Assembly: GCA_963806185.1 (NCBI GenBank)
Contig: CAWDXE010000007.1
Location: 672,001-736,000, forward strand
Direction: 5' to 3'
Source of the DNA: an uncultured candidate division Zixibacteria bacterium
Lineage (GTDB): Bacteria; Zixibacteria; MSB-5A5; GN15; FEB-12
DNA: 64,000 nt
Shown here in pieces: positions 18,878 to 29,051 of the stretch (positions are counted from its first letter, which is position 1; each line of letters begins with the position of its first letter). Both the position numbers and the translations under genes were made by a program. The notes under the pieces were generated by a model. The model worked only from the letters and a program-made list of their open reading frames with translations. It made no database searches and was not told where the DNA came from.

Positions 18878-21552
18878 TCCCCAAGATCAACTGGCGTGTA
18901 GTGAGCGTCATCGGCAGGCGCGATCTGAAGCTCTATTTCTCCAGCCCGACCGGCTACGTCTTTCTCACTCTCTTCATTTTCCTGAGTGCTGCGGCTGCCT
19001 TCTGGCAGCAGCGATTCTTTGCCGATAATCTGGCGAATCTCGATACGCTGAATTCAGTGTTTCCGTTCATCCTTCTCTTCTTCGTTCCGGCGTTGACCAT
19101 GAGCATTTGGGCGGATGAGCGACGACGCGGCACCGAGGAGCTGCTGCTCACACTGCCGGCGACAGATGTCGAAGTAGTCATGGGCAAGTATTTTGCGGCG
19201 GTCGGCATATTTACCGTTTCATTGATAGTCTCGCTCAGCCACGTCGCTGTGTTGCTCTGGCTGGGCCGACCGGATATGGGCCTGATGTTCGGCAACTATG
19301 TCGGCTTCTGGTTGCTTGGCGCGGCGATGGTAGCGATCGGCATGGTGGCTTCCTTGCTCACGGCTCATGCGACCATCGGCTTCATTCTGGGCGCCCTGTT
19401 CTGCTCGTTTTTCGTCTTTGTCACGTCGACCCAGTTCGTGGTGAGCGAATGGCTGCAGAGGATACTGGCGCCGCTCGGCGTCTTCGAACATTTCAGCGAA
19501 TACTCTCGTGGACTCATGACGCTGGGTGGTCTGGTCTATTTCCTTTCGGTGATCGGGTTCATGCTCTATCTCAACGTCTTACTCCTCGGTCGAAGGCATT
19601 GGCCGGCGCAGGTCGAAGGGCAGCGCTTTGGATTGCACCAGGCGGCTCGGGCAGTAGCGGTTGCCGTCGCCCTGGTGAGCCTGAACGTCATCGTTGCCCG
19701 GGCCGGCATAGACCTGGATGTGACGGCGGAGGGGCTGCATTCGATTTCACCGGAAACAAAAGAGCTGATTCGCTCATTACCCAAGGATAAGCAGGTCTTT
19801 ATCCAGGCGTACGTGAGCCCCGAAGTACCGCGCGACTATGTTGAAACGCGCAATAATCTGATCAACAGTCTCAACGAAATCGCATCGCTTGCCCCCGACC
19901 GCGTGCAAGTGCTGATTCACGATACCGAGCCGTTCACCGACGCTGCCAAGGATGCGCGAGATAAATTCGGGATTGTCTCACGTGACATTGTCAGCATGGA
20001 GTCGGCGCGCACCTCAACTGTCCCGGTTTTCATGGGACTTGCGTTTACCTGTGGTGCCTCGGAAGAAGTCATTCCCTTCTTCGATCGAGGTCTGCCGGCC
20101 GAATATGAGTTGGTGCGGAGTATTCGCGTTGTGACAAAGGCCGAACGAAAGAATATCGGCGTCGTCACAACGGCTGCGAAAGTATTCGGCGGGTTTGATT
20201 TTGAATCCATGCAATCGACACCGCCATGGGGCATTGTCCAGGAGCTGCAAAAGCAGTACAATGTGACCCAGATTGACGCCGCTCAGCCGATCTCCGAGAC
20301 ACTCGACGGCCTGCTGGTCATTCTCCCGTCGTCGCTTCCGCAGAATGCACTCGACAATTTGCGAGACTACGTAATGGCGGGACATCCAACATTGATTATT
20401 GATGATCCTCTGCCGCTGATCAATCCGGCGCTGTCACCGGTGCTGCCCTCCGACGCCCAGTCGAACCCGTTCACGCGCAATCAGTCACAGCAACCGGAAC
20501 CGAAGGGCAATGTGCAGGCATTGATATCCCAGTTGGGTATTCACTGGGACCCGCAACAGATTATTTGGGATACCTATAATCCGCATCCTGAGCTGGGTCA
20601 GGTGCCACCGGAGATTCTATTTCTTGGCAAGGGAGACGTGGCCACCCCGGGATTCAATCCGGATCACCCGGCCAGTTCCGGCCTGCAAGAGGTTGTGGCC
20701 CTCTATTCCGGCTGCCTCATCAAGGCGCAGGATTCGCCTTACGAGTTCACGCCGTTGCTGCGGACCGGCCATCTTTCCGGCGCACTGGCCTGGCAGCAGT
20801 TGGTGCAACGCAGTTTCTTCGGCATGGGCCTGAACCGCAATCCCCGTCGCCAACCCACTGGCGAATCGTATATTGTAGCGGCGGAAGTCAAAGGCACCGG
20901 CCCGCTGCCTACCGGCGCCACCGGCGAGGTGAAACAGCCTAAGGTGAATGCGATCGTTATCACCGATCTCGATCTGATCTCCGAGCAGTTCTTCCAGTTC
21001 CGTGAACGAGGTCTGGCCAACTACAATTTCGACAATGTCACTTTCGTTCTGAACTGTATGGACCATCTGGTGGGTGACGAATCGTTTGTGGGTTTGCGCA
21101 AGAAACGGATTCGCCATCGTACGCTCGAGTCCGTTGAGGCACAGACCCAGCAGTTTGTCGAGAAACGACTTGAAGATGAAAAGAAGGCGGAGGAAGAGGC
21201 TCAGACGGCGCTTTCCGACGCTCAAAAACGATTGAATGACAAGGTCAGCGAGATCTCGAATCGCACCGATCTGGACATGCAGACAAAACAGATTATGGCT
21301 CAGAACATGCAGGAGGTCGAGAACCGACGGTTTGAGGTAACAAAAGCCAACATCGAATCGCGCAAACAGGCCACCGTTCAGCGAAGTAAAGAGGAGATGG
21401 AGTCGAACGTCCGCCGGATACAGAGCCGCATACGGGCGTTGGCCGTACTGCTGCCGCCGATTCCGGTGTTGGTGGTCGGTGTCTTTGTCTTTCTGCGGCG
21501 ACGCAAACGCGAACGAGAAGGGGCAGCCGCTGCCCGTCGGATGAGGAGCTAG
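18874..21552 (+). CDS. ABC-2 permease fused to GldG-like auxiliary domain (GldF-GldG type)
   Basis: YFSSPTGY, ADERRRGTEELLLTLP..GKY, DVTAEGLHSIS.ET, C-terminal coiled coil and TM. Confidence 0.85.
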   Translation: MIPKINWRVVSVIGRRDLKLYFSSPTGYVFLTLFIFLSAAAAFWQQRFFADNLANLDTLNSVFPFILLFFVPALTMSIWADERRRGTEELLLTLPATDVEVVMGKYFAAVGIFTVSLIVSLSHVAVLLWLGRPDMGLMFGNYVGFWLLGAAMVAIGMVASLLTAHATIGFILGALFCSFFVFVTSTQFVVSEWLQRILAPLGVFEHFSEYSRGLMTLGGLVYFLSVIGFMLYLNVLLLGRRHWPAQVEGQRFGLHQAARAVAVAVALVSLNVIVARAGIDLDVTAEGLHSISPETKELIRSLPKDKQVFIQAYVSPEVPRDYVETRNNLINSLNEIASLAPDRVQVLIHDTEPFTDAAKDARDKFGIVSRDIVSMESARTSTVPVFMGLAFTCGASEEVIPFFDRGLPAEYELVRSIRVVTKAERKNIGVVTTAAKVFGGFDFESMQSTPPWGIVQELQKQYNVTQIDAAQPISETLDGLLVILPSSLPQNALDNLRDYVMAGHPTLIIDDPLPLINPALSPVLPSDAQSNPFTRNQSQQPEPKGNVQALISQLGIHWDPQQIIWDTYNPHPELGQVPPEILFLGKGDVATPGFNPDHPASSGLQEVVALYSGCLIKAQDSPYEFTPLLRTGHLSGALAWQQLVQRSFFGMGLNRNPRRQPTGESYIVAAEVKGTGPLPTGATGEVKQPKVNAIVITDLDLISEQFFQFRERGLANYNFDNVTFVLNCMDHLVGDESFVGLRKKRIRHRTLESVEAQTQQFVEKRLEDEKKAEEEAQTALSDAQKRLNDKVSEISNRTDLDMQTKQIMAQNMQEVENRRFEVTKANIESRKQATVQRSKEEMESNVRRIQSRIRALAVLLPPIPVLVVGVFVFLRRRKREREGAAAARRMRS

Positions 21553-21555
21553 GGT

Positions 21556-22908
21556 ATGAACGAATCAAAAAAGACACTATCGTTTGTGGGCGTGGCCTTG
21601 GCTCTGGCGGTTGTCGCATGGCTGGTTTCGCCCAAACCATACACCCCGAAGGCTTTTGCCGATCAGGGTCAGGACTTCTTTCCAAACTTCACGGATCCGA
21701 ACGTCGCCACCACCCTTGAGGTAGTGGACATTGATGAAACCACCGGCCTCGCACGACCGTTCAAGGTCACTTTTCGCAACGGCCGATGGACCATTCCTTC
21801 TCACCACGACTATCCCGCCGATGCCAAGGATCGGCTAGCCAAGACCGCCGCGGGGGTCATTGATATCAAGAAGGATGATTTCCGAACCGACAATTCAGCC
21901 GAATTTGAACGCCTTGGCGTTATCGATCCTACCGACGCCGGTATTTCCGGCTCCACCGGTCGAGGTAAGCGCGTGACATTGAAAGATGCCAACGAGTCTG
22001 TTCTGGCGGATTTCATCGTCGGGAAAGACGTCGAAGGACGGAGCGGCTTCAAATTCGTCCGGGTCCCGGGTGAAAAGCGGGTTTATGCCGTCCGAATGAA
22101 TGTTGATCTGTCGACGAACTTCGAGGATTGGATCGATCGCGACCTCCTGCAGATCAATGCCTCCGACCTGGCTGTTGTCGACGTGCGGGATTACTCTATC
22201 AACGAGCGCACCGGATCGGTCGATCAGCGAGAAAACTGGACGCTGGCGAAAGTCAATGAACAGTGGCAATTCGGACGGGGAAGTAAAGGCGGAAAACCCG
22301 ATTCGACCAAGATGGCGGATCTGGTCAAGGCGCTCGACTCGCTCACTATCGTAGGCGTACGTCCAAAACCGGCCGGTCTCTCGGCCGCGCTTAGGGCCGC
22401 ACCGGGTTCCGGTCTGACCACCGCCGATATGATGGATTTGCAGAACAAGGGATTCTATTTGACTCGCGACGGCCAGCTTCTTTCGAACGAGGGAGAGATG
22501 CAGGTAGCCACCCGCGATGGGGTCGTGTTCACCCTTCGTTTCGGCGAGGTCCTGTACGGCTCCGGACTATCGGTGACCGCCGGTGCGCCCGAAACGACGG
22601 GCGAGAAAGGTCCGGCGGAGAACCGGTACCTGTTTGTGAGTGCGTCCTTTGACCCATCGACAGTGTCCAAGCCAAAGGAGCCGGCCAATACCGATTTCAG
22701 ATCCAAACCAGACTCGACCTGGAACGCCTCCGACCGCGCGAACAAGGCCCTCCAGGATGAACTTGATCGCTGGAAGTCCAAGGTTGATTCCGGTCGCCAA
22801 CGGGCAGAGGAATTGAATGCTCGATTCGCCAACTGGTATTATGTCATTTCTGAGCAGACATTCACTCGTCTGGATGTCAAACGGACTTCGCTGACGTCGC
22901 GAAGCTGA
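21556..22908 (+). CDS. DUF4340-like periplasmic protein of Gld-like ABC system
   Basis: N-terminal anchor, W...HDYPAD, FVRVPGEKRVY; usual third gene of such operons. Confidence 0.7.
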   Translation: MNESKKTLSFVGVALALAVVAWLVSPKPYTPKAFADQGQDFFPNFTDPNVATTLEVVDIDETTGLARPFKVTFRNGRWTIPSHHDYPADAKDRLAKTAAGVIDIKKDDFRTDNSAEFERLGVIDPTDAGISGSTGRGKRVTLKDANESVLADFIVGKDVEGRSGFKFVRVPGEKRVYAVRMNVDLSTNFEDWIDRDLLQINASDLAVVDVRDYSINERTGSVDQRENWTLAKVNEQWQFGRGSKGGKPDSTKMADLVKALDSLTIVGVRPKPAGLSAALRAAPGSGLTTADMMDLQNKGFYLTRDGQLLSNEGEMQVATRDGVVFTLRFGEVLYGSGLSVTAGAPETTGEKGPAENRYLFVSASFDPSTVSKPKEPANTDFRSKPDSTWNASDRANKALQDELDRWKSKVDSGRQRAEELNARFANWYYVISEQTFTRLDVKRTSLTSRS

Positions 22909-22986
22909 CATCGGCATGCATCTGAACGGCCCAGGTCGGCGATGAGTGATTGTCGACCCGGGCCGGCCGTGTCTTCGTCGAAGTAG

Positions 22987-23015
22987 TTGACATGGACCCA
23001 ATTTTACAGTATATG
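22987..23015 (+). promoter_or_regulatory. Sigma70-type promoter of MerR/CarH gene
   Basis: TTGACA-17 nt-TATATG, 6 nt before the ATG. Confidence 0.55.
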
Positions 23016-23021
23016 AGGTAG

Positions 23022-23951
23022 ATGCTTGACGAGGTTGGCTATCCGATCCGCGCAGTGTCGCGACTCAGCGGTCTGAGCTCCCATGTCATCCGAATCTGGG
23101 AGAAGCGGTACGCCGCTGTTACCCCATATCGCACGCCCACCAATCGGCGACTATATTCCGAACAAGATATCGAACGACTCGTACTGCTGCGCAAGGCGAC
23201 GCTCGCCGGACATACGATCAGCACGGTGGCCGGTTTGTCCGCGAATCAGCTCACCGAACTGCTGTCCCGATCAAGTCTGACCGGCGAACGTCTGTCGGCG
23301 ATGACGCCGGTCGAGTTGGCCGGAATACTTGAATCGTGCCTGGGTGCCATCGAACGGCTCGACGCTCAATCGTTGCGTTCGACGCTCGTTCGGGCAATCG
23401 AGAGGTTCGGTCCGACGGCGATAACGCATGACGTCTTTATCCCACTGTTACACGAGATAGGCGATCGCTGGTATGATGGCCGGCTGCAGGTCCGGCACGA
23501 GCATATGACGTCGGCCGTCGTTCGAAGCATCCTCGGTCTCATAGCGAGCGGTTTCCACCCCGCACCGGACTCCCCGTTACTGGTGACGGCGACGCTGGAG
23601 GGTCAGCTTCATGAACTGGGGGCGCTGATGGCGTCTATCGTCGCGGCGGCCGAGGAATGGCGATTCGTGTATCTCGGCCCCAATCTTCCACCGGACGAGA
23701 TAGCGCAGTCGGCTACCCTGGCGAGGGCGAACGCCGTGGGGATCAGTCTCGTCCATCCGGATCACGACCATTCGAGTGCCGACAATCTGGTCAGACTCAG
23801 GTCGTTGCTGCCGAACTCCACACACATACTGGTGGGCGGTCGGGCCGCCGTACACTACCGTCGGACATTGGATGAGATTGGTGCGATTCTGGTTGAAGAG
23901 CTTAAGAGTTTGCCGGACGTCCTCGCGACGATTCGCGCGAAGTCTGACTGA
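23022..23951 (+). CDS. MerR-family regulator with cobalamin-binding domain (CarH/LitR-like)
   Basis: MerR HTH (IRIWEKRY..RTPTNRRLYS), W-x9-EH motif, QLHELG His ligand motif, YLGPNLP, ILVGG. Confidence 0.88.
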   Translation: MLDEVGYPIRAVSRLSGLSSHVIRIWEKRYAAVTPYRTPTNRRLYSEQDIERLVLLRKATLAGHTISTVAGLSANQLTELLSRSSLTGERLSAMTPVELAGILESCLGAIERLDAQSLRSTLVRAIERFGPTAITHDVFIPLLHEIGDRWYDGRLQVRHEHMTSAVVRSILGLIASGFHPAPDSPLLVTATLEGQLHELGALMASIVAAAEEWRFVYLGPNLPPDEIAQSATLARANAVGISLVHPDHDHSSADNLVRLRSLLPNSTHILVGGRAAVHYRRTLDEIGAILVEELKSLPDVLATIRAKSD

Positions 23952-23954
23952 CGG

Positions 23955-24425
23955 CTACGCTACGTCACCCAATTCCAGATGGAACCAGACCCCCGCCCAA
24001 AGCAGGGTGAGTAACGCCTTGATGTCGATAGGCCAGGTCTGCCCGATCATGTACAGGAAACAGACCAGGGTCATGCCGAAAAATCCCTTGTAGAGACCAA
24101 GCTTGATTGATCGTGAAACGGCGTTGATGAATGCGGCCAGCAGGAGAAGGATGATCAACGACGGAGCCGCAATCATGACAGCCCACGACCAGATGCTGAT
24201 GGACGCCAGTTGCCGACCGATGTAACTGTTTTCCGGCTGGTTAAACAGGCAGTACAGATGCCCTACGAAGAAGAAGACGCTGAAGGTAAAATATAAGAGT
24301 CCTTCCGGACGCTCGTCTTTGAATTCCTTCATGGCCGTCACGAAGAAGAAGAGGAATCCGGTGAACAATCCGGTGAGAAGCATCAGCGCGCCGTTGGCGA
24401 AAATTTCTTCGATGTACGTGTCCAT
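23955..24425 (-). CDS. Hypothetical membrane protein (about 5 TM)
   Basis: Hydrophobic helices, RBS-like GCAGGA upstream. Confidence 0.65.
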   Translation of the reverse strand: MDTYIEEIFANGALMLLTGLFTGFLFFFVTAMKEFKDERPEGLLYFTFSVFFFVGHLYCLFNQPENSYIGRQLASISIWSWAVMIAAPSLIILLLLAAFINAVSRSIKLGLYKGFFGMTLVCFLYMIGQTWPIDIKALLTLLWAGVWFHLELGDVA

Positions 24426-24615
24426 AGTATTTTCCTGCTTTGTACCGAACTGTTCTAAGTAAACAGCGTGCCGAAACAGGACGCTCGGGTGTCAACGTCT
24501 CAGTTGCTTGCGTTACAAGCGGTAAGCGCGGGCCTTATGGGCCCGCCGCCATAATCAGTCCCTGCAGGGACATTTCGGCCTTATGCAAGCTGGTGCCTAA
24601 TCTAAATGGAATCGC

Positions 24616-24643
24616 GAAGGGCAGCCTGCTACGGCTGCCCTTC
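24616..24643 (-). terminator. Hairpin downstream of the dockerin-module operon
   Basis: GAAGGGCAGCC / GGCTGCCCTTC 11-bp inverted repeat just after stop at 24661; no clear U-tract. Confidence 0.55.
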
Positions 24644-24660
24644 ATCGGGTGGGCAAGTTG

Positions 24661-27052
24661 TTACGGGCAGGTCGGCGTTGGACCCATGGTAATAAACAAC
24701 TGATCGACTAAAGCTGACAAATCAGCGATATCGACCGTCGTCTCAGCCGACATATCCATGTTGGCGGCATCGGCGCAACACAGAGAATTGCCGTCGATAA
24801 AGAGGTAGAGCACCAGCGCGGTCAGATCGCCGATGTCGCAGTTGTTGGTCGGATCGCAGTCGATATTACCGCGCTTACCGTTGCAGCAGGTAGGATTCGC
24901 GGGTGTAATCGGCCATACCTCGGATAGGGGAGACGAAAGCGGGAGGAATTTCTCTCCTCCCGGTCCCCAGTCAAATGAGTTCACGCCGACCCGATACGCC
25001 TGGTCGGTGAGCAGACCGTCGATCCGAAGTTCGTAATCGTAGTATTTGAATTGTCCCTGATCATTGAGATACAGGTCAACCTCGTCCGGCGGCACGTCAG
25101 TCGGTCGAGTGTAGGGTGGCTTTGGCGCGTCGGGGAATTGCTTCACGATCTTCGTCTCAAGCCCCAACTTGGATGCATTGCAGCCGACCGGCACGAAATA
25201 GAACACCGAATCAATGTCTGACATCCAGAAAAGAGGGCTGGCCTTCGTATAGTCGGTCGGAGACCAGGTTGAGTCGTTTATTCCCCCCGGCGCGTACTTC
25301 TCGCGAAGTTGTTCGATCGTGAACGGAATCGACTCAAACCGCCAATCCATGACCACTTGATCATACCGTACCCGGGTGTAGTCTTCCCGGTCATACGAAC
25401 TGACCAGCGCATATGGCTCGGGCGAATCGTGCTTCTTCAGAAAGACGTTGTACCCCTCAAAGTCAGATCTGCCCAGAAACGGATCGCGCGTTGTCTCAGT
25501 CCGCCACCCGTTCCAGTGCATAACGATGCTCCCCTGGTCACCGTGCGCCGTCAGCGGCGGCGCTACAGGAATGCCGGCCGCCTTCAGATCCGGCACGTCG
25601 TCGCCCGCGTACCAGAAGGTGTCGCCTTCACAAACACTAAACTTGCCGGCGTACCCGTCACCGTCGGTATCGAAGCCGGGGTTGTCGTATATCCACTTTG
25701 CCCATTGGGCGTTGGTCAACAGATCGCTGAAATCGAGATTGGCATAATAGGCCGACGGATTGTAGATGCCGGTTTCCAGATAGGTCACATTGTCCGGATT
25801 GGTGTGGAGATTCATGCCCACCCACATATGCGATCGCAAACGAGACGCTCTGGCCAGAATCCAGATCGAACGGGCCGAAGGAGAGCAGGTAGCGAGTATC
25901 GTACCCGTTGGCGAGGTCAACTGCGACAGTCTGCGGCGGATACATCCAAAGCGTGTCTGCGGCAGAGATGGCGGCAGTGTAGACCTGGTCGTAATCGAAT
26001 TCATGGTTGCGCAGGAACCAGTACTTGTTGCGGTCGCCCACGGGCGTGCCTTGCCCGCCGGTGCCCAAGTCGCGGTATGTTTGGCGTCCCTGCGGTCCGA
26101 AATCTCGCCTATAATCACTGTTGCTGATCCACCAATTGAATGCGGACAGTGTAGCTCCGGTGGAACCCAGGATTTCAGTGGCGGTCACGTTTTGCACATA
26201 GAGTCCCGAAGGGTCGGTCAGGTCGCCGTCGTTATCGGCGATCCAGGCGAGCTGCAGAGTATCGCCGGGTGGGCAAGACCCGCCATTGGTTTGAGGAGCA
26301 GGGGTGGAAAGAAAGCCACAAATGTCGTCCTGGGCACCTTCCGATGTCGCTCTCGGGTATACATCGCCGTCGACATACACCCCAACATAAGCCTCGCGCA
26401 ACGGGTCGCCCGTGATCTTGGTCATACGGTATTCGATAATCACGAAATCATCGGCATAAGGATACGACCAGGCATACGAAGTCTGGTCAACGCGCAGGCC
26501 GAGTGGAATGTGCGGGCGGTGATCTATGGCATCGCTGCTCGAACCGGGGCAATTTCGGCACGTATCATAATACGTACCCAACAGATCTTGATGGGAAACA
26601 GCATCAAGGTATTCGGGGCTGTTGGGATCCAATGTCGATCTTCGCAGAAGCGACTCGTTGACGTCGGGAACGAACTCCTGACCTCCTGTCCAGCCATCAG
26701 CCGCTTGGGACACAAGCGTATCTTGTCCTACGACTGCGCCTACCCATAGCGCACCCAAGAACAGGTAGCGTGATCCCGAGCCAATCGGATATTCGCATGA
26801 TCGTAAGGTCGCACCCGTGAAGCAATCAGTTGAAGATGACGACATGCCGTCCCCAAAAGTGCCATTGTTCGATATCACGAGTGAAATGACACCCACATTA
26901 TGACCCGCCACACCACAGCCGGTCGGGGCGCTCACGTTGCCTGATGAAAGTCGCTGTGGATCAATGCGATTGCGACCTGTGGCAGTTGTTGTTCCCATTA
27001 GGAGAACGAATATGGAAACACTCGACAGTAGTCGTACCAGTTCATTTCTCAT
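24661..27052 (-). CDS. Large secreted protein, type B copy 2, C-terminal dockerin-like domain; one frameshift at ~25817
   Basis: ORFs 25658..27052 and 24661..26118 join (YVGG|MNLHTNPDN) and are colinear with 29052..31451; DTDGDG Ca motif; CC..RGNIDCD..DIGDL / NMD...DIADL. Confidence 0.8.
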
Positions 27053-28976
27053 CCTGTCCTCCTGCTTCTCTCTTGGCTGTCACTTCAGTCGCATCGTTGA
27101 AAAGCCCCTCCGTCCGGCCGATCGGGATTGTGCTCATCATCGGCTTCTCTCCCGGCGTCGGGTCGTAGAGCCAGTTCAGAACACTGTCGACGACTGTCTG
27201 CAGCACGCCTCCGCTATCGCTCATGAACACTGGTGAGAAGTTGGTGACGACTGTTCGGAAAATCCCTCGGTCCAGCCGGTATCCGACCACACCTCCCTGA
27301 CACGCGGGAGTGTATTGTGTGTACGGATAATTCTCACCATACTTGGATTCATAGGTATACAAGATTTCCGCTTCCGGCACAGGGACTATGACGTTCACCT
27401 CCGGAGGGCAAGCAATGGACGGTATCCAGTCATAGTTCCAGACATATCTCGAGTGCAGATACCCGGTGTCCACCACCAGGTCGGGCCACCCAGTTGCGAA
27501 GGCCGCCTTGGCCCCAATAAAATCCTCCACACGCACCGGCGGATCGACATGAAACCCGTTGGCCAGCCACTCCCAGCCGCTGTAGGAGTATGAGGTCATG
27601 CCGAAATAGTATTGCCAGGGCCAACCCAATGGTCCGGAGAGTTGCGTCGGCTTGTCTTCTCCACCCCACGCTGGATCTCGCCCGCAGAGCCAGACGGCAA
27701 CACCAGCATCCTGTACGGCCATGATCTTCGATCTAACAGACGAGGCTTGAAGGATTCCTGGGATCACATCGTCGCCGTACAAGATGATGATTTTGTGTTC
27801 GAGGAGGAGCTTAAGGGGTAGGACGAGTCCGGTCGGCGTTTCCGGCATGTACCATTGAAACGACTTGTCGGGCGACCAGGCAGAAACCGCTTGTTGCCAA
27901 TACGATTGCGCTTGGTTCCGCTTGACCGGGTTGATTGTGTATGCAGTGTTCGAGTAGACAACCAAGATATCATTTTCGAACTTGGGATTCAACACCTCAA
28001 ACGATCGACTCGGCGGGGCAGAGTCGACGACCGTCGTGTCATCGGCGTCGCGCGCCCGCACCCATAGATAGAATGTCCCCAGCGTAGTCTGGTGAATCAC
28101 TTCATTGGCGAAGAGGTTGAAGGCCGTGTCAGACGTATCGGCTACCCAGGGATTATCGAGCGTACCGCTCTGTCGGGCAATCTTGTTTAACTCCGGATTC
28201 AGTGCAAACACCGGATCATCGACCAGTATGGTGGTGTCGAAATGCCCCAGCGGTCCTTCGGAGGTGATTTGGTCAATCCACGTAGTCTCGCACTCCACCG
28301 TCATGCCATCCGGCATAGGGAAAGTGTCACACGTAATCATCTTCTCACCCAGACCGCGCCGGTATACATGTCCGTCATTGGTGACAAAGACCTCTTTCAC
28401 GAATTCGGTCCGCATGATCCTCGCCCAGGCCGTGTCGTATGGTCCGTAGATGCGCCATTCGTAGGAGAGCTTCACCTTGGTCAGAGGGTGATCGAGATTG
28501 TCGTTGGCTCGCCATTGGAGCGGAATCAGCAGTTTTGAATTGGCAGATGAAGTGACTGTGTTGATGAAGGGCTCGACGGTCGCCGAGAGCGGCTTGACAA
28601 TCTTCGTCTGCGGCGGATGATTGAGCGGTCTGGGGCAGGCCGGCAGAGGAGTGAAGGTGAGGAAGAGGTGATCGATCAGCATGGTGAGATCACCGATATC
28701 TATGTTACCGGCCGGATCCTGCTCCATGTTGGCCTGTTCTTTCGATGGCAACGGCATGAAATCGATAAACAGGTGGTTGACCAGTACTTGCAGGTCGGCG
28801 ATATCGACCTCGTTATCGTAGCTGCAGTCGACATTACCGACATGCCCGCTGCAGCAACAACCATTGGGCGACTGCGCGCAATTCACGTCGGCCCGGACAG
28901 GCGCACCAACAAACAAAAACGCACCGAAGACAGCCGCATAACAGGCCGCTCTGGCGCGATTTAAAGTAAACGACAT
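27042..28976 (-). CDS. Large secreted protein, type A copy 2, N-terminal dockerin-like domain
   Basis: Signal peptide, CCC..GNVDC..DIADL / NMEQD..DIGDL..PACP, then Ig/Y_Y_Y-like region (W.A.D..YEWR..VRARD) and alpha/beta C-terminal domain. Confidence 0.8.
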   Translation of the reverse strand: MSFTLNRARAACYAAVFGAFLFVGAPVRADVNCAQSPNGCCCSGHVGNVDCSYDNEVDIADLQVLVNHLFIDFMPLPSKEQANMEQDPAGNIDIGDLTMLIDHLFLTFTPLPACPRPLNHPPQTKIVKPLSATVEPFINTVTSSANSKLLIPLQWRANDNLDHPLTKVKLSYEWRIYGPYDTAWARIMRTEFVKEVFVTNDGHVYRRGLGEKMITCDTFPMPDGMTVECETTWIDQITSEGPLGHFDTTILVDDPVFALNPELNKIARQSGTLDNPWVADTSDTAFNLFANEVIHQTTLGTFYLWVRARDADDTTVVDSAPPSRSFEVLNPKFENDILVVYSNTAYTINPVKRNQAQSYWQQAVSAWSPDKSFQWYMPETPTGLVLPLKLLLEHKIIILYGDDVIPGILQASSVRSKIMAVQDAGVAVWLCGRDPAWGGEDKPTQLSGPLGWPWQYYFGMTSYSYSGWEWLANGFHVDPPVRVEDFIGAKAAFATGWPDLVVDTGYLHSRYVWNYDWIPSIACPPEVNVIVPVPEAEILYTYESKYGENYPYTQYTPACQGGVVGYRLDRGIFRTVVTNFSPVFMSDSGGVLQTVVDSVLNWLYDPTPGEKPMMSTIPIGRTEGLFNDATEVTAKREAGGQDEK

Positions 28977-29051
28977 ATTCCCTCCCAGAGAGTATGGTAC
29001 CTAAAACAATAGCATTACATCCATGTTATGTCAAGCTCTTTCGCCCTCGAC

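Noticed and set aside
18149..21552. ABC system as the missing CcmAB
   Set aside because: Permease is GldF/GldG type rather than CcmB, and is separately transcribed
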